A stretch of DNA of 64,000 nt, from positions 32,001 through 96,000 of IMG/VR virus record IMGVR_UViG_2713896909_000009. One strand, written 5' to 3'. Position numbers and translations under genes: made by a program. The notes under the pieces were generated by a model that saw only the letters and a program-made list of their open reading frames with translations, was not told the DNA's origin and searched no databases. Shown one piece after another: positions 12,333 to 21,332 of the stretch; positions within the stretch are counted from its first letter, which is position 1, and the number at the start of each line of letters is the position of its first letter. This DNA comes from a virus (Duplodnaviria > Heunggongvirae > Uroviricota > Caudoviricetes).

Positions 12333-13331
12333 TTATCCGTTACCGCGCGACGGTTTCTGCGTGATAAACGTATCAAGCATCTTTTCCGCAATTGCCGACC
12401 AGGTGTGACACTGGACCTTTTCAGCATTTTTCACGCGATCAATGCGAGCAATAACCTCATCCCAATCAATCCGCGACTTGATAACCATATGGTTCACCAA
12501 AGTCAGGCGATCCGGCGGAAGACAATCGGGCGGCGTTAATATCAACGCCCCACACATTGCCGCCTCAAGAACAGTTAATCCAAGGCTTTCGGGATGCGTA
12601 ACGATAAAAACGTCACTCTTACGCAATTCAGCTGCAAATTCGGTTGCTGGTACCGGCGTCCGTCTGTATGGGGTTACCGAAATATTCCCCGGATCAATGG
12701 TAACCAATCCGTCATCGGTCAACGTTCTGGCCTCATACGGAACGGCCAGGCGCTGAAGGTTCATAAGGATACTTAAGGAGTGATCAAACCCACTAACATC
12801 AAATGCAGCGTGGTCTACAAAAATACGCAGAACATCGTCTGTTTTGGTTTCCAGATGGAACAGCTCCTGATTCGCTGCCCATCCAACATGTTTGTTAAAG
12901 CGATTATGACGCTCTAACCGACCGGGATTATCCAGGTACCGCCAGGTATCATCGCGGACAGTAAAAGTAATATCGACTGGTGCCGAATCCAGCATAGAAC
13001 CGTCATATACCTGGGCTACCCATCCAGAGAATCGGCGACACAGTTGCATGCCTATTTCCCTGGGTACCGTAGTAAAATACCTCAATCCTGGTGCCAAAAT
13101 GGCCTTCGCAGAACATGCGGTTGCAGCAGTCAACACAGCTTCAACATAATCCTCTGGGCTTTCGACGCCAGGGGAATATGGACGATGGTATTGCAATGTT
13201 ACCCCTGCCTCACTAAAGGCGCAGGCCAGGTTATAAGCCCACATTTCCGTATATGTTTTCACATCACTGATGGCTTCAAATTTTCGCCCAATGATCAGGA
13301 TGTTCATCGGCTTTTCCTCATTCCATTGCAT
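12333..13331 (-). CDS. Putative GT-B glycosyltransferase-like protein (downstream of ban)
   Basis: ORF track 332 aa; PESLGLTVLEAAMCGALILTP resembles the GT1 family signature; start overlaps ban stop. Confidence 0.45.
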   Translation of the reverse strand: MQWNEEKPMNILIIGRKFEAISDVKTYTEMWAYNLACAFSEAGVTLQYHRPYSPGVESPEDYVEAVLTAATACSAKAILAPGLRYFTTVPREIGMQLCRRFSGWVAQVYDGSMLDSAPVDITFTVRDDTWRYLDNPGRLERHNRFNKHVGWAANQELFHLETKTDDVLRIFVDHAAFDVSGFDHSLSILMNLQRLAVPYEARTLTDDGLVTIDPGNISVTPYRRTPVPATEFAAELRKSDVFIVTHPESLGLTVLEAAMCGALILTPPDCLPPDRLTLVNHMVIKSRIDWDEVIARIDRVKNAEKVQCHTWSAIAEKMLDTFITQKPSRGNG

Positions 13332-14701
13332 TAATAATCCTCTTGCCAGTCAGCACCGGCATAGTTATCAAACCGTGAGTATTGGCCGTTAAAAGCCAAT
13401 CTCACCGTGCCAATTGGGCCATTTCGTTGCTTACCAATAATCACCTCGGCAATGCCCTTCATTTCGCTATCCGGGTGATAAACCTCGTCGCGATACAGAA
13501 ACATGATCAGGTCTGCGTCCTGTTCAATTGCTCCAGATTCACGCAAATCTGAATTTACCGGTCGTTTGTCCGCACGCTGTTCAAGCGAGCGATTAAGTTG
13601 TGACAATGCCACCACCGGTACTTGTAATTCCTTCGCCAACGCCTTAAGTGAGCGAGAAATCTCGGCAATTTCCAGCGTTCGGTTGTCTTGCAGCTCGGGG
13701 ACGCGCATAAGTTGCAGGTAGTCGATCATGATCATGCTCAATCCGCCATTTTCTTTATAAACACGACGAGCGCGGGAACGAAGCTCTGTAGGTGTCAGGG
13801 CGCTTGAGTCATCAATAAAAATATTCTGCTTGTCCAACAGAATCCCCATTGCGCCAGAAACCCGCGCCCAATCCTCGTCGTTAAGTTGCCCAGTTCTAAT
13901 ACGAGTCTGATCAACACGTGCAAGAGAGGCCAGTGAGCGCATCATCAGCTGGTGGCTTGGCATCTCAAGGCTAAAAACCAATACAGGCTTATCGCTACGG
14001 ACTGCGGCATTTTCGACAAGATTCATCGCAAACGTGGTCTTTCCCATAGATGGGCGGGCGGCGACAATAATGAGATCGGATGGCTGAAGCCCTGCCGTCT
14101 TCTTATTGAGATCGGTAAATCCGGTATCAAGCCCCGTTACACCATCATGCGGTCGCTGAAACAACTCTTCTATGCGAGATACCGTTGCATCGAGAATGCT
14201 GGCGATATCTTTTGGACCACTACCGCTCTTTTGTCGTTTTTCAGCTATTTCAAAAACGCGGCGCTCGGCCATATCCAGCAATTCATTGCTGCTCCGGCCA
14301 TCTTGCGCATATCCAGCTTCGGCTATTTCATTTGCGACGGAAATCATTTCACGAACAACCGCGCGTTCACGAACGATATCCGCATAAGCACAAATATTTG
14401 CCGCGCTGGGCGTGTTCTTTGACATCTCCGCAAGGTAAGCAAAACCACCGGCGCGTTCTAATTTACCGTTCTGTTCAAGTGCTTCAGCAAGTGTTATCAA
14501 ATCAATCGGTTTGCCATGACTTAATAACCTCTCCATCTCACTGAAAATTTCACGATGAGCACTGGTATAAAAATCATCAGCAACTATACGATCTGCAACT
14601 TCATCCCAGCGGCAGTTATCAAGCATTAAGCCACCAAGCACAGCTTGTTCTGCACTAAGGGAATTTGGCATGGATTCAAGAGGGGATGCAGACATTAACA
14701 C
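13331..14701 (-). CDS. ban: DnaB-family replicative helicase (P1 Ban-like)
   Basis: ORF track 456 aa; near-collinear with E. coli DnaB (SAEQAVLGGLMLDN, Walker A ARPSMGKTTFA, LIMIDYLQLM); GTG start. Confidence 0.9.
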   Translation of the reverse strand: MLMSASPLESMPNSLSAEQAVLGGLMLDNCRWDEVADRIVADDFYTSAHREIFSEMERLLSHGKPIDLITLAEALEQNGKLERAGGFAYLAEMSKNTPSAANICAYADIVRERAVVREMISVANEIAEAGYAQDGRSSNELLDMAERRVFEIAEKRQKSGSGPKDIASILDATVSRIEELFQRPHDGVTGLDTGFTDLNKKTAGLQPSDLIIVAARPSMGKTTFAMNLVENAAVRSDKPVLVFSLEMPSHQLMMRSLASLARVDQTRIRTGQLNDEDWARVSGAMGILLDKQNIFIDDSSALTPTELRSRARRVYKENGGLSMIMIDYLQLMRVPELQDNRTLEIAEISRSLKALAKELQVPVVALSQLNRSLEQRADKRPVNSDLRESGAIEQDADLIMFLYRDEVYHPDSEMKGIAEVIIGKQRNGPIGTVRLAFNGQYSRFDNYAGADWQEDY

Positions 14702-14980
14702 TCCACCCTAGTGTGCTGAATGTCAGATATAGTCGGCATACTCAAATCACTCCTAACGATATGAGTCATCACCAGAAAATCAGGATTAATGCGCCGGACT
14801 CTTCCCGGCTGTCACACCGAATCGCCAGGGTGGTGAGTCCCTGAATCCGCTATCCTACCAACGGTGACTTGCACATTCCGGCTACCTGGTTTGTTGCCTG
14901 AGCTAGGGGAAAAGGCAACCCCTTTAACGTCACCAGACCGCTAACGACGCATGTGCCAGACGCCGTGTTACAACCAAATA

Positions 14981-15056
14981 TGGTGGCCCCTACCGGACTC
15001 GAACCGGTGACCGTGCGATTATGAGTCGCCAGCTCTAACCACTGAGCTAAAGGGCC
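14981..15056 (-). tRNA. tRNA with CAU anticodon, most similar to tRNA-Ile2 (lysidine type)
   Basis: 76-nt cloverleaf GGCCCTT..GCTCAGTGGTTAGAGC..GGCGACTCATAATCGC..GGTTCGAGTCC..AGGGGCCACCA; anticodon arm as recalled for E. coli ileX. Confidence 0.8.
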
Positions 15057-15059
15057 GGA

Positions 15060-15167
15060 TTACTGTTTACTAAGTGCTTCAATGGCGCTAACAATGCCGC
15101 CTACAACTATGGCAACAATGATAATAAGAACAATTGGATACTTGTCAGCAAAATCCCAGAAGCCCAT
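15060..15167 (-). CDS. Small hydrophobic peptide (35 aa; tciC-like by position)
   Basis: MGFWDFADKYPIVLIIIVAIVVGGIVSAIEALSKQ; ATG overlaps the stop of the upstream small ORF; below ORF-track size cutoff. Confidence 0.4.
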   Translation of the reverse strand: MGFWDFADKYPIVLIIIVAIVVGGIVSAIEALSKQ

Positions 15168-15331
15168 CACTGATCCTTCGAAGCTGTTTTAAATATCGGC
15201 CATACCAATGTTACAGCCACTGCCACCAACGCCCCGTCCGATAAAACTGACAGGATTGTGCTGGTGAAATCCACCAGCACGGACAGCAAGAGAAAACCAA
15301 TGGCGATTGCGATACGTGCCTTGCTTGCCAT
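15167..15331 (-). CDS. Small membrane peptide (54 aa; tciB-like by position)
   Basis: MASKARIAIAIGFLLLSVLV...; ATG overlaps tciA stop (TAATG). Confidence 0.4.
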   Translation of the reverse strand: MASKARIAIAIGFLLLSVLVDFTSTILSVLSDGALVAVAVTLVWPIFKTASKDQ

Positions 15332-15765
15332 TACAGATAATCTTCCACACGAAGACCTAAACGACGGCCTACTTCTTCCAGTACTTTGTGTTCTGCTGGC
15401 TCGATTTCACCGTCCGCTTCTGCAATCGTCAGCATGTTAACGAATACTTCTTCCGCTTCTTTTGGGTCGTTTTTGATATCTTCAATTTCGCGAAGGATAT
15501 TCATGCGACCAACACGGAAGCCAGCTTCCAGTTGCTCGGTAAAGCGGGTAATTGTTGCGGTAATTTCGTTACCAAAATGACTAAGACGCGGATTAGAGCG
15601 GATAAGCTGATCAAGTTTCGCTGTTTCTTCTTTTTCGATTTCACCATCAGCGGCAGACACCAACAAACAGCCACCGATAATGGCCTCCATCAGATCGCGA
15701 TTCTCAACTTTTTTCAGCTCTACTTTTGCAGAAGCGACTTTCTTGCCGAACAATTTACCGAACAT
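15331..15765 (-). CDS. tciA: TerB-like tellurite-resistance-family protein
   Basis: ORF track 144 aa; two acidic TerB-like repeats (SAADGEIEKEE, AEADGEIEPAE). Confidence 0.65.
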   Translation of the reverse strand: MFGKLFGKKVASAKVELKKVENRDLMEAIIGGCLLVSAADGEIEKEETAKLDQLIRSNPRLSHFGNEITATITRFTEQLEAGFRVGRMNILREIEDIKNDPKEAEEVFVNMLTIAEADGEIEPAEHKVLEEVGRRLGLRVEDYL

Positions 15766-15914
15766 TGGTTATCCCTCAATAAAAGTGACATATTTATTAG
15801 ATTGCGGTGCCGGGTGCCTCCCGGTGACGTTAACCAGTTAACAATTAACGCCGGAATGTTTAATCATCAAGGAGGATTGTTTTAACTGTTCCGCGTGCGC
15901 TTAGCCGCATTCAC

Positions 15915-16001
15915 CACAACGGAAAGAGCATTTATGGCTCGCATCGCGGGAAAAAGCCCACGGTAGAGAGTCGAACTCTACAAATACTCTTACCTGTTGT
16001 G
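15915..16001 (-). repeat. Long imperfect hairpin unit A of a local repeat family
   Basis: Arms CACAACGGAAAGAG / CTCTTACCTGTTGTG flank about 55 nt containing a T-arm-like GAGTCGAACTC. Confidence 0.45.
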
Positions 16002-16054
16002 TGCTCCGTTTCGTGGAGCTAACGGCGGAGTAATCATCCGCCTCAAATTTATAA

Positions 16055-16468
16055 TTAACTGCTTGCTGATGGGTCATATTCGGTTAATTTAATCAACCGC
16101 GAATCAAGAGCTTTTCGATACTCAATCATGCTTTCGAGCTGATTTTGTAATTCCAACTGATTGTCCAAGCCCATGGCGAGGAAGTTATCTGTTCCGATAA
16201 ATCGAACTAGCTTATTTATGCGCTGGCACAGCTGAGCACGTTCGATAATCATTCGCTTGTGGTATTCTTCCAGACCATCAATTTTGCCCAACGGAGCTGC
16301 TATTTCATTAAATTCACGAAGTGGTATTTTTAGTTCGTTACCGAACACATCTACAACATCAATTTCAGATGCATTTTCTTTCGAAACTTTATCGACCTGA
16401 TAACTGGTGCTAACCACTAAAGAAATAACAAACTGCTCTTTCTGCATAATTACCGTTCTCGCACTCAT
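16055..16468 (-). CDS. Hypothetical protein
   Basis: ORF track 137 aa. Confidence 0.5.
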   Translation of the reverse strand: MSARTVIMQKEQFVISLVVSTSYQVDKVSKENASEIDVVDVFGNELKIPLREFNEIAAPLGKIDGLEEYHKRMIIERAQLCQRINKLVRFIGTDNFLAMGLDNQLELQNQLESMIEYRKALDSRLIKLTEYDPSASS

Positions 16469-16635
16469 TGGTGACAGTTTCTAAATAAATTGTGGTGGTC
16501 GGCGCTGATCTCCGACTGCGCCTCTTTTTGTTCATAACCCATAAGGCCGGTCAGTGCGCTTGATGACTGAGGCATCGATATTTACTACGCCGCCTCGTTG
16601 CCATAGGGCGGACTTGCGCGCCAGCAACACGCATT

Positions 16636-16735
16636 CACCACAATGTTGAGAACACTGGTTGTCACGCGGCAACGCAACATTTATTCATAGGTTGGGAAAT
16701 GAACCCGTTACGCCAATGTTCTCAACGTTGTAGTG
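16636..16735 (-). repeat. Hairpin unit A-prime (inverted repeat about 20 nt, spacer about 55 nt)
   Basis: CACAATGTTGAGAACACTGG versus CCAATGTTCTCAACGTTGTAG; shares GCATTCACCACAA lead with units A and C. Confidence 0.4.
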
Positions 16736-16871
16736 CCGGTTACGGTTCCGGCCAGGCCTCTTCCTCAACGGGGTGTTCTCCGTACGGACTACCGTTTATT
16801 GGTCGTTCCTGCGGTTTATGTTGTGAAGCCAGATGCTTATCTTCTGGTTGCTTCAAAGAGCTGCACTTCAT

Positions 16872-16939
16872 CACAACGGTAAGAGCACTCGATGCATTTA
16901 AGCCAAGCCCCATAAGGGAGAATGCCCTTACCTGTTGTG
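16872..16939 (-). repeat. Hairpin unit B
   Basis: CACAACGGTAAG ... CTTACCTGTTGTG. Confidence 0.45.
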
Positions 16940-17067
16940 TTGTGATGACCGGTGCTGATCTCCGGCTTGCGGTTATTTCAGACTCTCACGGGCGTTTAAT
17001 TGCCCCGCCGGACAGCTCTTTTCCGCAATAGCTGCAATGTCTTTCGCGCATCAGCCTGCGCATTCAT

Positions 17068-17154
17068 CACAACGGTAAGGGTACTTCGTAGGGATTCGAA
17101 CCCTCTGCCAAGCTCGGCGATCTCCGACGTCGCAAAATACCCTTACCTGTTGTG
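17068..17154 (-). repeat. Hairpin unit C with tRNA T-arm-like core
   Basis: CACAACGGTAAGGGTA ... TACCCTTACCTGTTGTG flanking GGGATTCGAACCC; directly 3' of the interrupted tRNA-like gene. Confidence 0.45.
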
Positions 17155-17155
17155 C

Positions 17156-17288
17156 TGGTGCCGGTTAACGGATTCGAACCGCTGACCTCTGGCCTAACAT
17201 CGAATCGTTGTCATTTGACCAGCAAGGCTGTCTACCGAAGTAGAAACGATGCTTTGGCTCTCGTGCTCTCCCACTGAGCTAAACCGGC
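17156..17288 (-). tRNA. tRNA-like gene with about 57-nt insertion between D-arm and T-arm (possible interrupted or pseudo tRNA; Thr expected from P1 order)
   Basis: 5' GCCGGTT-TA-GCTCAGTGGGAGAGC and 3' GGTC-AGCGGTTCGAATCCGTT-AACCGGC-A-CCA form acceptor, D and T arms; the middle 75 nt contain a CUAC-UUCG-GUAG hairpin and no clear anticodon arm. Confidence 0.35.
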
Positions 17289-17290
17289 AT

Positions 17291-17366
17291 TGGCGATGGT
17301 GGGTGGATTCGAACCACCGACCAGTTAGTTAACAGCCAACTGCTCTAACCGCTGAGCTACACCATC
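17291..17366 (-). tRNA. tRNA-Asn (GUU)
   Basis: 76-nt cloverleaf GATGGTG..GCTCAGCGGTTAGAGC..GTTGG-CTGTTAA-CTAAC..GGTTCGAATCC..CACCATCGCCA. Confidence 0.85.
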
Positions 17367-17570
17367 ACTTGCCGGGTACGTCTCCGGCGAGGGCTTCCAC
17401 CTCCGTATGCTTTTCGGCGCACCGCGCCCTGGCTGCAATTCGGTAACAGGGGATGCATAACCCTGGCTTCCAGCGTGATTAGCGCTTTCAGCATGACGGG
17501 ATATACCCGTAAATTCGTGGAACTGTACCCAAAGTGCTGTTAAGCACCGCTGTTACGCTGAAAAGAAGAC

Positions 17571-17650
17571 GCAACAGGAAAGGACGCTGACCAACAGATG
17601 GCCCCTTCTCGTTCATCTGGTTAATCACACCAGCGCCCTTACCTGTTGTG
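17571..17650 (-). repeat. Hairpin unit D
   Basis: GCAACAGGAAAGG ... CCCTTACCTGTTGTG. Confidence 0.4.
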
Positions 17651-17825
17651 CCTCCCCGTTCCCTAATACACAGACGGGGACACTCTGCGGTCGATTTTTT
17701 GACGGGGGACGACTCATACCCCGTGGCGTCTGGCTTCTTAGGCCGCAGCCATCATCAGATCATCGTTTGCATTTACTTTAATGGTCAGTTTCTAAACCGC
17801 CGCAAAGTCGCTAACCATGACGAAA

Positions 17826-17856
17826 ACCCTGAAAAAACGCCCACCCGAAGATGGGC
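17826..17856 (-). terminator. Rho-independent terminator downstream of dmt
   Basis: Minus-strand hairpin GCCCA...UGGGC followed by a T-run (revcomp of GAAAAAAC). Confidence 0.45.
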
Positions 17857-18026
17857 AAACAGGATGTAAGCTCGTTACGCATTTCGGTATTGCCACTTAG
17901 GCGTATGGTCAACCTGGCAACTCGGCGTCATGAGGGGGAAGGAGTCACTACCCCGCCATACTTGCCGCCGCGCCTGTCGCGGCTAACAGCTAAATCGCTC
18001 TATAAATCACGATTCATTGAAACCAT

Positions 18027-18054
18027 ATTACACTAATGAATTTATTAGAGCAAT
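18027..18054. promoter_or_regulatory. Bipartite C1-operator-like site (two overlapping 17-mers, opposite orientation)
   Basis: GAATTTATTAGAGCAAT (16/17) and ATTACACTAATGAATTT (14/17) overlapping the dmt stop. Confidence 0.5.
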
Positions 18055-21000
18055 ATAGCAATAACGTCATGAGCTACACCACGAGTGTTCCCCTTACAAG
18101 ACACAGAACGTCTGGCAAAAAGAGGTTCCACTCTGAAGCCACTGTCTTGGTAAAGCTCCCTGATGTTTGGCGCACCACTATTAGTAATGAGGATCTTTGC
18201 ACCTCGGCGATGAGCATCCATTAGCAGAGATACCAGGCGTTTTTGCTCTTCAAACTTAAAGTCATGACCGGAATAGTTTGTGAACCCCTCTGTATTGGGG
18301 AGCGGTTCATACGGAGGATCGCAAAAGATGACATCTCCTTCTCCGGCAGCTTCAATCACCGCTGAAAAATCACCACATACAAACTCAGAACGCCCTTCAG
18401 CACCGAGGAAGGCTTCCATCTCCTGTAATGGGAAATACGGAGTTTTATACTTCCCATAACCAACATTAAACTCACCGGCCTGGTTGTAACGCGTCAATCC
18501 GTTAAAACAATGTCGGTTCAGGAACAAAAACGCTGCTGCACGATGTAAATCATCATAGGCTTGTTTGTTAAACGCATTCCGTACTGCCAGGTATCCTTCC
18601 TGTGTGTTGTAGTCCTGGAAAAACCGATGCGCCAGAGTGATAAGTGAATGTCCCTCACGTTGCAGAGTCCTGTAAAAGTTAATCAGGTCAGCATTCACAT
18701 CATTTAGCAGATTTTCTTGATATCCGGCATTTATGAAAACAGCTCCGCCACCAACGAAAGGCTCGATCAGGCGCTTTCCGTCAGGTAAATGCCTAAAGAT
18801 TTGTTCAAGAACACCAAATTTTCCGCCGACCCATTTAAATATGGGACGGTCAAATTCTGCCGTTAGCTTAACTCTCCGTTCTGTTGCTTCATGATTTTTT
18901 GCCTGCTGATATGCAGCCTTAATAATCCGCTCACCAATCCATCGCATTACTGGTATCGCCATGCTATTGCCGATCGCTTTGTAACGCGGTCCGTCAGCTG
19001 CAAGCATCGCGGCCTCTTCTTCGCTTAAATCTGGATAGTGATTGCGAAGGTATGCCAGTTCATCTGAAGTAACTTTTTTACGCTTTTCCGTCGGGATCAA
19101 CGTATGCCCATCAGGAAAACCTTGCAGTCTTTCACATTCGACAGGGGTAAGACGGCGGACAGCTACTGCTGCGTTTCCTACGTCATAGCAAACGGCTGTT
19201 GTATTTTTGGCCATTAAAGATGGTGAAGTATTCTTAGTTGCAGCATGTTGTGTACCGCTCATACGTTCAGGAAAAGCCAATGTAACAAGATGCTCATGGC
19301 TTTCTTGCTCACGTGCCCGCAATGTACCATGCCCTTCTGACCAAAAACCTGCTCCTGTGCTGCTAAAAACTGCAAGGTCAGTGGCATCTTTAAAGTCTCT
19401 CGCCTTTACTGTCGATGCGGTTTCATCGCCAATATATTCCCCAAATGCCGCCATCCTGAAAGCGTTTACGGCTTTCGTCGATTTCATACCGGGGGTAATG
19501 TCAGCGTGTAGGCATGGATTTAGGCTTTCGCCACTGATTGCAGCGCCATTTGCAATAATGGCGGAAGCGATTTCCTTCTTTTTTCGGCTCGGCGCAATAT
19601 TCCGGCGCACGCCTTCGAACTCAAAAAGTACCGTTGCGGGATCGAGGTCTGTTCGAGCACTTGCGACAACAAACACACGTCGGCGTCGTTGTGCCACTCC
19701 GAAGTATTGGGCATCAAGGATTCTCCAGGCCACCTTTCGCTGCGGTCCATAAATACAACCACACTGCGGCCACTTTGGAGCATGGCAACCGGTTTTGCCA
19801 TCCCACCGCCAGAACGCGTTACTTTTTCCTGATTCAGGTCGATCACCTGGTTCAAATGGCGCATCTTCTCCAGCCAATCCGGCAAGGAAACATCCGAAGG
19901 CGTTATCTGCCGATGACAAGACTCCTGGGACATTTTCCCAGACGATAACGGCTGGTTTGAGAAATGACTCAGCCCGTTTGTCGTCAATTGCATTTGCAAG
20001 CTCCACATACTTTAAAGTTAGCGCGCCACGCTCATCATCAAGCCCACCACGTAATCCCGCGATACTGAATGCCTGACAGTTATGGACCACCGCACCATTG
20101 AGGATATAGGAATGATCACCTTCGACTTCTATGTTGTATACAGTATCTAGGCCTACCGATTTAAACTCTTTGACTGTTCGTAAAAGCATTCCATGAGCCA
20201 ATCTTGATTTACGTGACAATTTCTGCGGGCAGATTGTTACCTGATAATAATTCCGTTGATTTACCACGCGATCCTCGATCACTTTTTTGGGCTCAACTTC
20301 AATAAAGCTGACCGAAGAAACATAACCACAAGTCTGTGACACCCCCGCAACGCCCCAAGCAAGCGCAGGACTAACACTATTAATTCTAAATCCCGCTTTA
20401 CCACTTGGTGTCCCATCAGTATCAAGATAGCCTTGTAAAAACACATGACGCAATGGATGCGACATCACCCATGCAGGGATACGCTTAGCATGGCTTAACT
20501 CGCCAAAATGTTCATTAAGCCAATTGGCATAACACGTATCATTCAAGGTTACTTTGATGCTCCCTCGGATTTCTCTTGCCACGGAAAATATGTTTTCTGG
20601 TATGCGACAATGAAACTTTCTCAATTTCTGGCAATTTATGCAAAAAACAACCGCCTTCTTAGATTTACCTCTCCATCTCCTAATATATCCATCGCCAACA
20701 TAAGCGCCCGCAAGATACATAGCCTGTTCTTCAGACAAGAACCGAGAACAAATATCTGGAGATGCAATATTGAAATTAGTTAGAGCGCACCATTGATATC
20801 CTGGCATATCACATGCTGCTCGCCATTCCGGTTCAGACAACAACTCTCTCTTAAAATATGTGCCATTTTTCCGGGTGTTTTGGGCTTTCCACCGAACAGC
20901 CAGGAAGGGATGGTCATTGGTTGTTCTTATACCTAAAGGCTGCCCAACGGCATTAAGTAACCCCGTATTAGCTATTTTTGAACCAACTCTTTTTACTTGT

Positions 21001-21332
21001 TGTAACCGCCCGAGATGACTGACTACGTAATCGCCAGGGCAAACATCTTCTATTGGTTTATAACCATTTTTACAAAGAACCATATGCCCCGCGGTAAAAC
21101 ATGGTGTTCCCCCGACGAGCACGTCAGGGGATTCTATTTCCCCAGCCAGGACTTTTTTGGCAAGTTTAGTCATGTCGCCAAGGTTGGCGACATGGGGCCA
21201 GCGGTGCGCAAGAACGGCCGATGGAAAAGACTCGATTTCAGCAAACCACGCCGGACGCATACCCAACGGTTCCCAGGCAATACTCGCGGCTTCAATTCCA
21301 CTGCAAACAGATCCATAGCACAGCTCTTTCAC
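18045..21332 (-). CDS. dmt: Bifunctional DNA methyltransferase (N-terminal C5-cytosine domain interrupted by an intein, C-terminal Dam-like N6-adenine domain)
   Basis: ORF track 1095 aa; C5 motifs GGTPC|QAFS (split), [23 protein letters not shown]; Dam-like [19 protein letters not shown]. Confidence 0.9.
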   Translation of the reverse strand: MKELCYGSVCSGIEAASIAWEPLGMRPAWFAEIESFPSAVLAHRWPHVANLGDMTKLAKKVLAGEIESPDVLVGGTPCFTAGHMVLCKNGYKPIEDVCPGDYVVSHLGRLQQVKRVGSKIANTGLLNAVGQPLGIRTTNDHPFLAVRWKAQNTRKNGTYFKRELLSEPEWRAACDMPGYQWCALTNFNIASPDICSRFLSEEQAMYLAGAYVGDGYIRRWRGKSKKAVVFCINCQKLRKFHCRIPENIFSVAREIRGSIKVTLNDTCYANWLNEHFGELSHAKRIPAWVMSHPLRHVFLQGYLDTDGTPSGKAGFRINSVSPALAWGVAGVSQTCGYVSSVSFIEVEPKKVIEDRVVNQRNYYQVTICPQKLSRKSRLAHGMLLRTVKEFKSVGLDTVYNIEVEGDHSYILNGAVVHNCQAFSIAGLRGGLDDERGALTLKYVELANAIDDKRAESFLKPAVIVWENVPGVLSSADNAFGCFLAGLAGEDAPFEPGDRPESGKSNAFWRWDGKTGCHAPKWPQCGCIYGPQRKVAWRILDAQYFGVAQRRRRVFVVASARTDLDPATVLFEFEGVRRNIAPSRKKKEIASAIIANGAAISGESLNPCLHADITPGMKSTKAVNAFRMAAFGEYIGDETASTVKARDFKDATDLAVFSSTGAGFWSEGHGTLRAREQESHEHLVTLAFPERMSGTQHAATKNTSPSLMAKNTTAVCYDVGNAAVAVRRLTPVECERLQGFPDGHTLIPTEKRKKVTSDELAYLRNHYPDLSEEEAAMLAADGPRYKAIGNSMAIPVMRWIGERIIKAAYQQAKNHEATERRVKLTAEFDRPIFKWVGGKFGVLEQIFRHLPDGKRLIEPFVGGGAVFINAGYQENLLNDVNADLINFYRTLQREGHSLITLAHRFFQDYNTQEGYLAVRNAFNKQAYDDLHRAAAFLFLNRHCFNGLTRYNQAGEFNVGYGKYKTPYFPLQEMEAFLGAEGRSEFVCGDFSAVIEAAGEGDVIFCDPPYEPLPNTEGFTNYSGHDFKFEEQKRLVSLLMDAHRRGAKILITNSGAPNIRELYQDSGFRVEPLFARRSVSCKGNTRGVAHDVIAILL
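20079..21101 (-). mobile_element. Intein with LAGLIDADG homing-endonuclease domain (341 aa, residues 78-418 of Dmt)
   Basis: Starts CFTAGHMVL after GGTP, ends NGAVVHN before CQAFS; block [16 protein letters not shown] and LQGYLDTDG motifs; excision restores [12 protein letters not shown]. Confidence 0.85.

Noticed and set aside
15388-15885. 165-aa plus-strand ORF antisense to tciA
   Set aside because: It overlaps the TerB-like gene on the opposite strand and has no motif or RBS support.
16699-17185. Plus-strand ORFs of 110 and 61 aa in the tRNA region
   Set aside because: They overlap tRNA-like and hairpin repeats on the opposite strand, are Cys/Ser/Arg-rich, and have no RBS or homology.
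15907-17650. Possible CRISPR array suggested by recurring CTTACCTGTTGTG motifs
   Set aside because: The repeats are arms of imperfect inverted repeats with irregular spacing and variable loops, interleaved with tRNA genes; no cas genes or regular repeat-spacer periodicity.
19207-20076. Several plus-strand ORFs (93-181 aa) inside the dmt gene
   Set aside because: They are antisense to a well-supported methyltransferase/intein coding sequence with Arg/Ser/Pro-rich composition typical of spurious frames.
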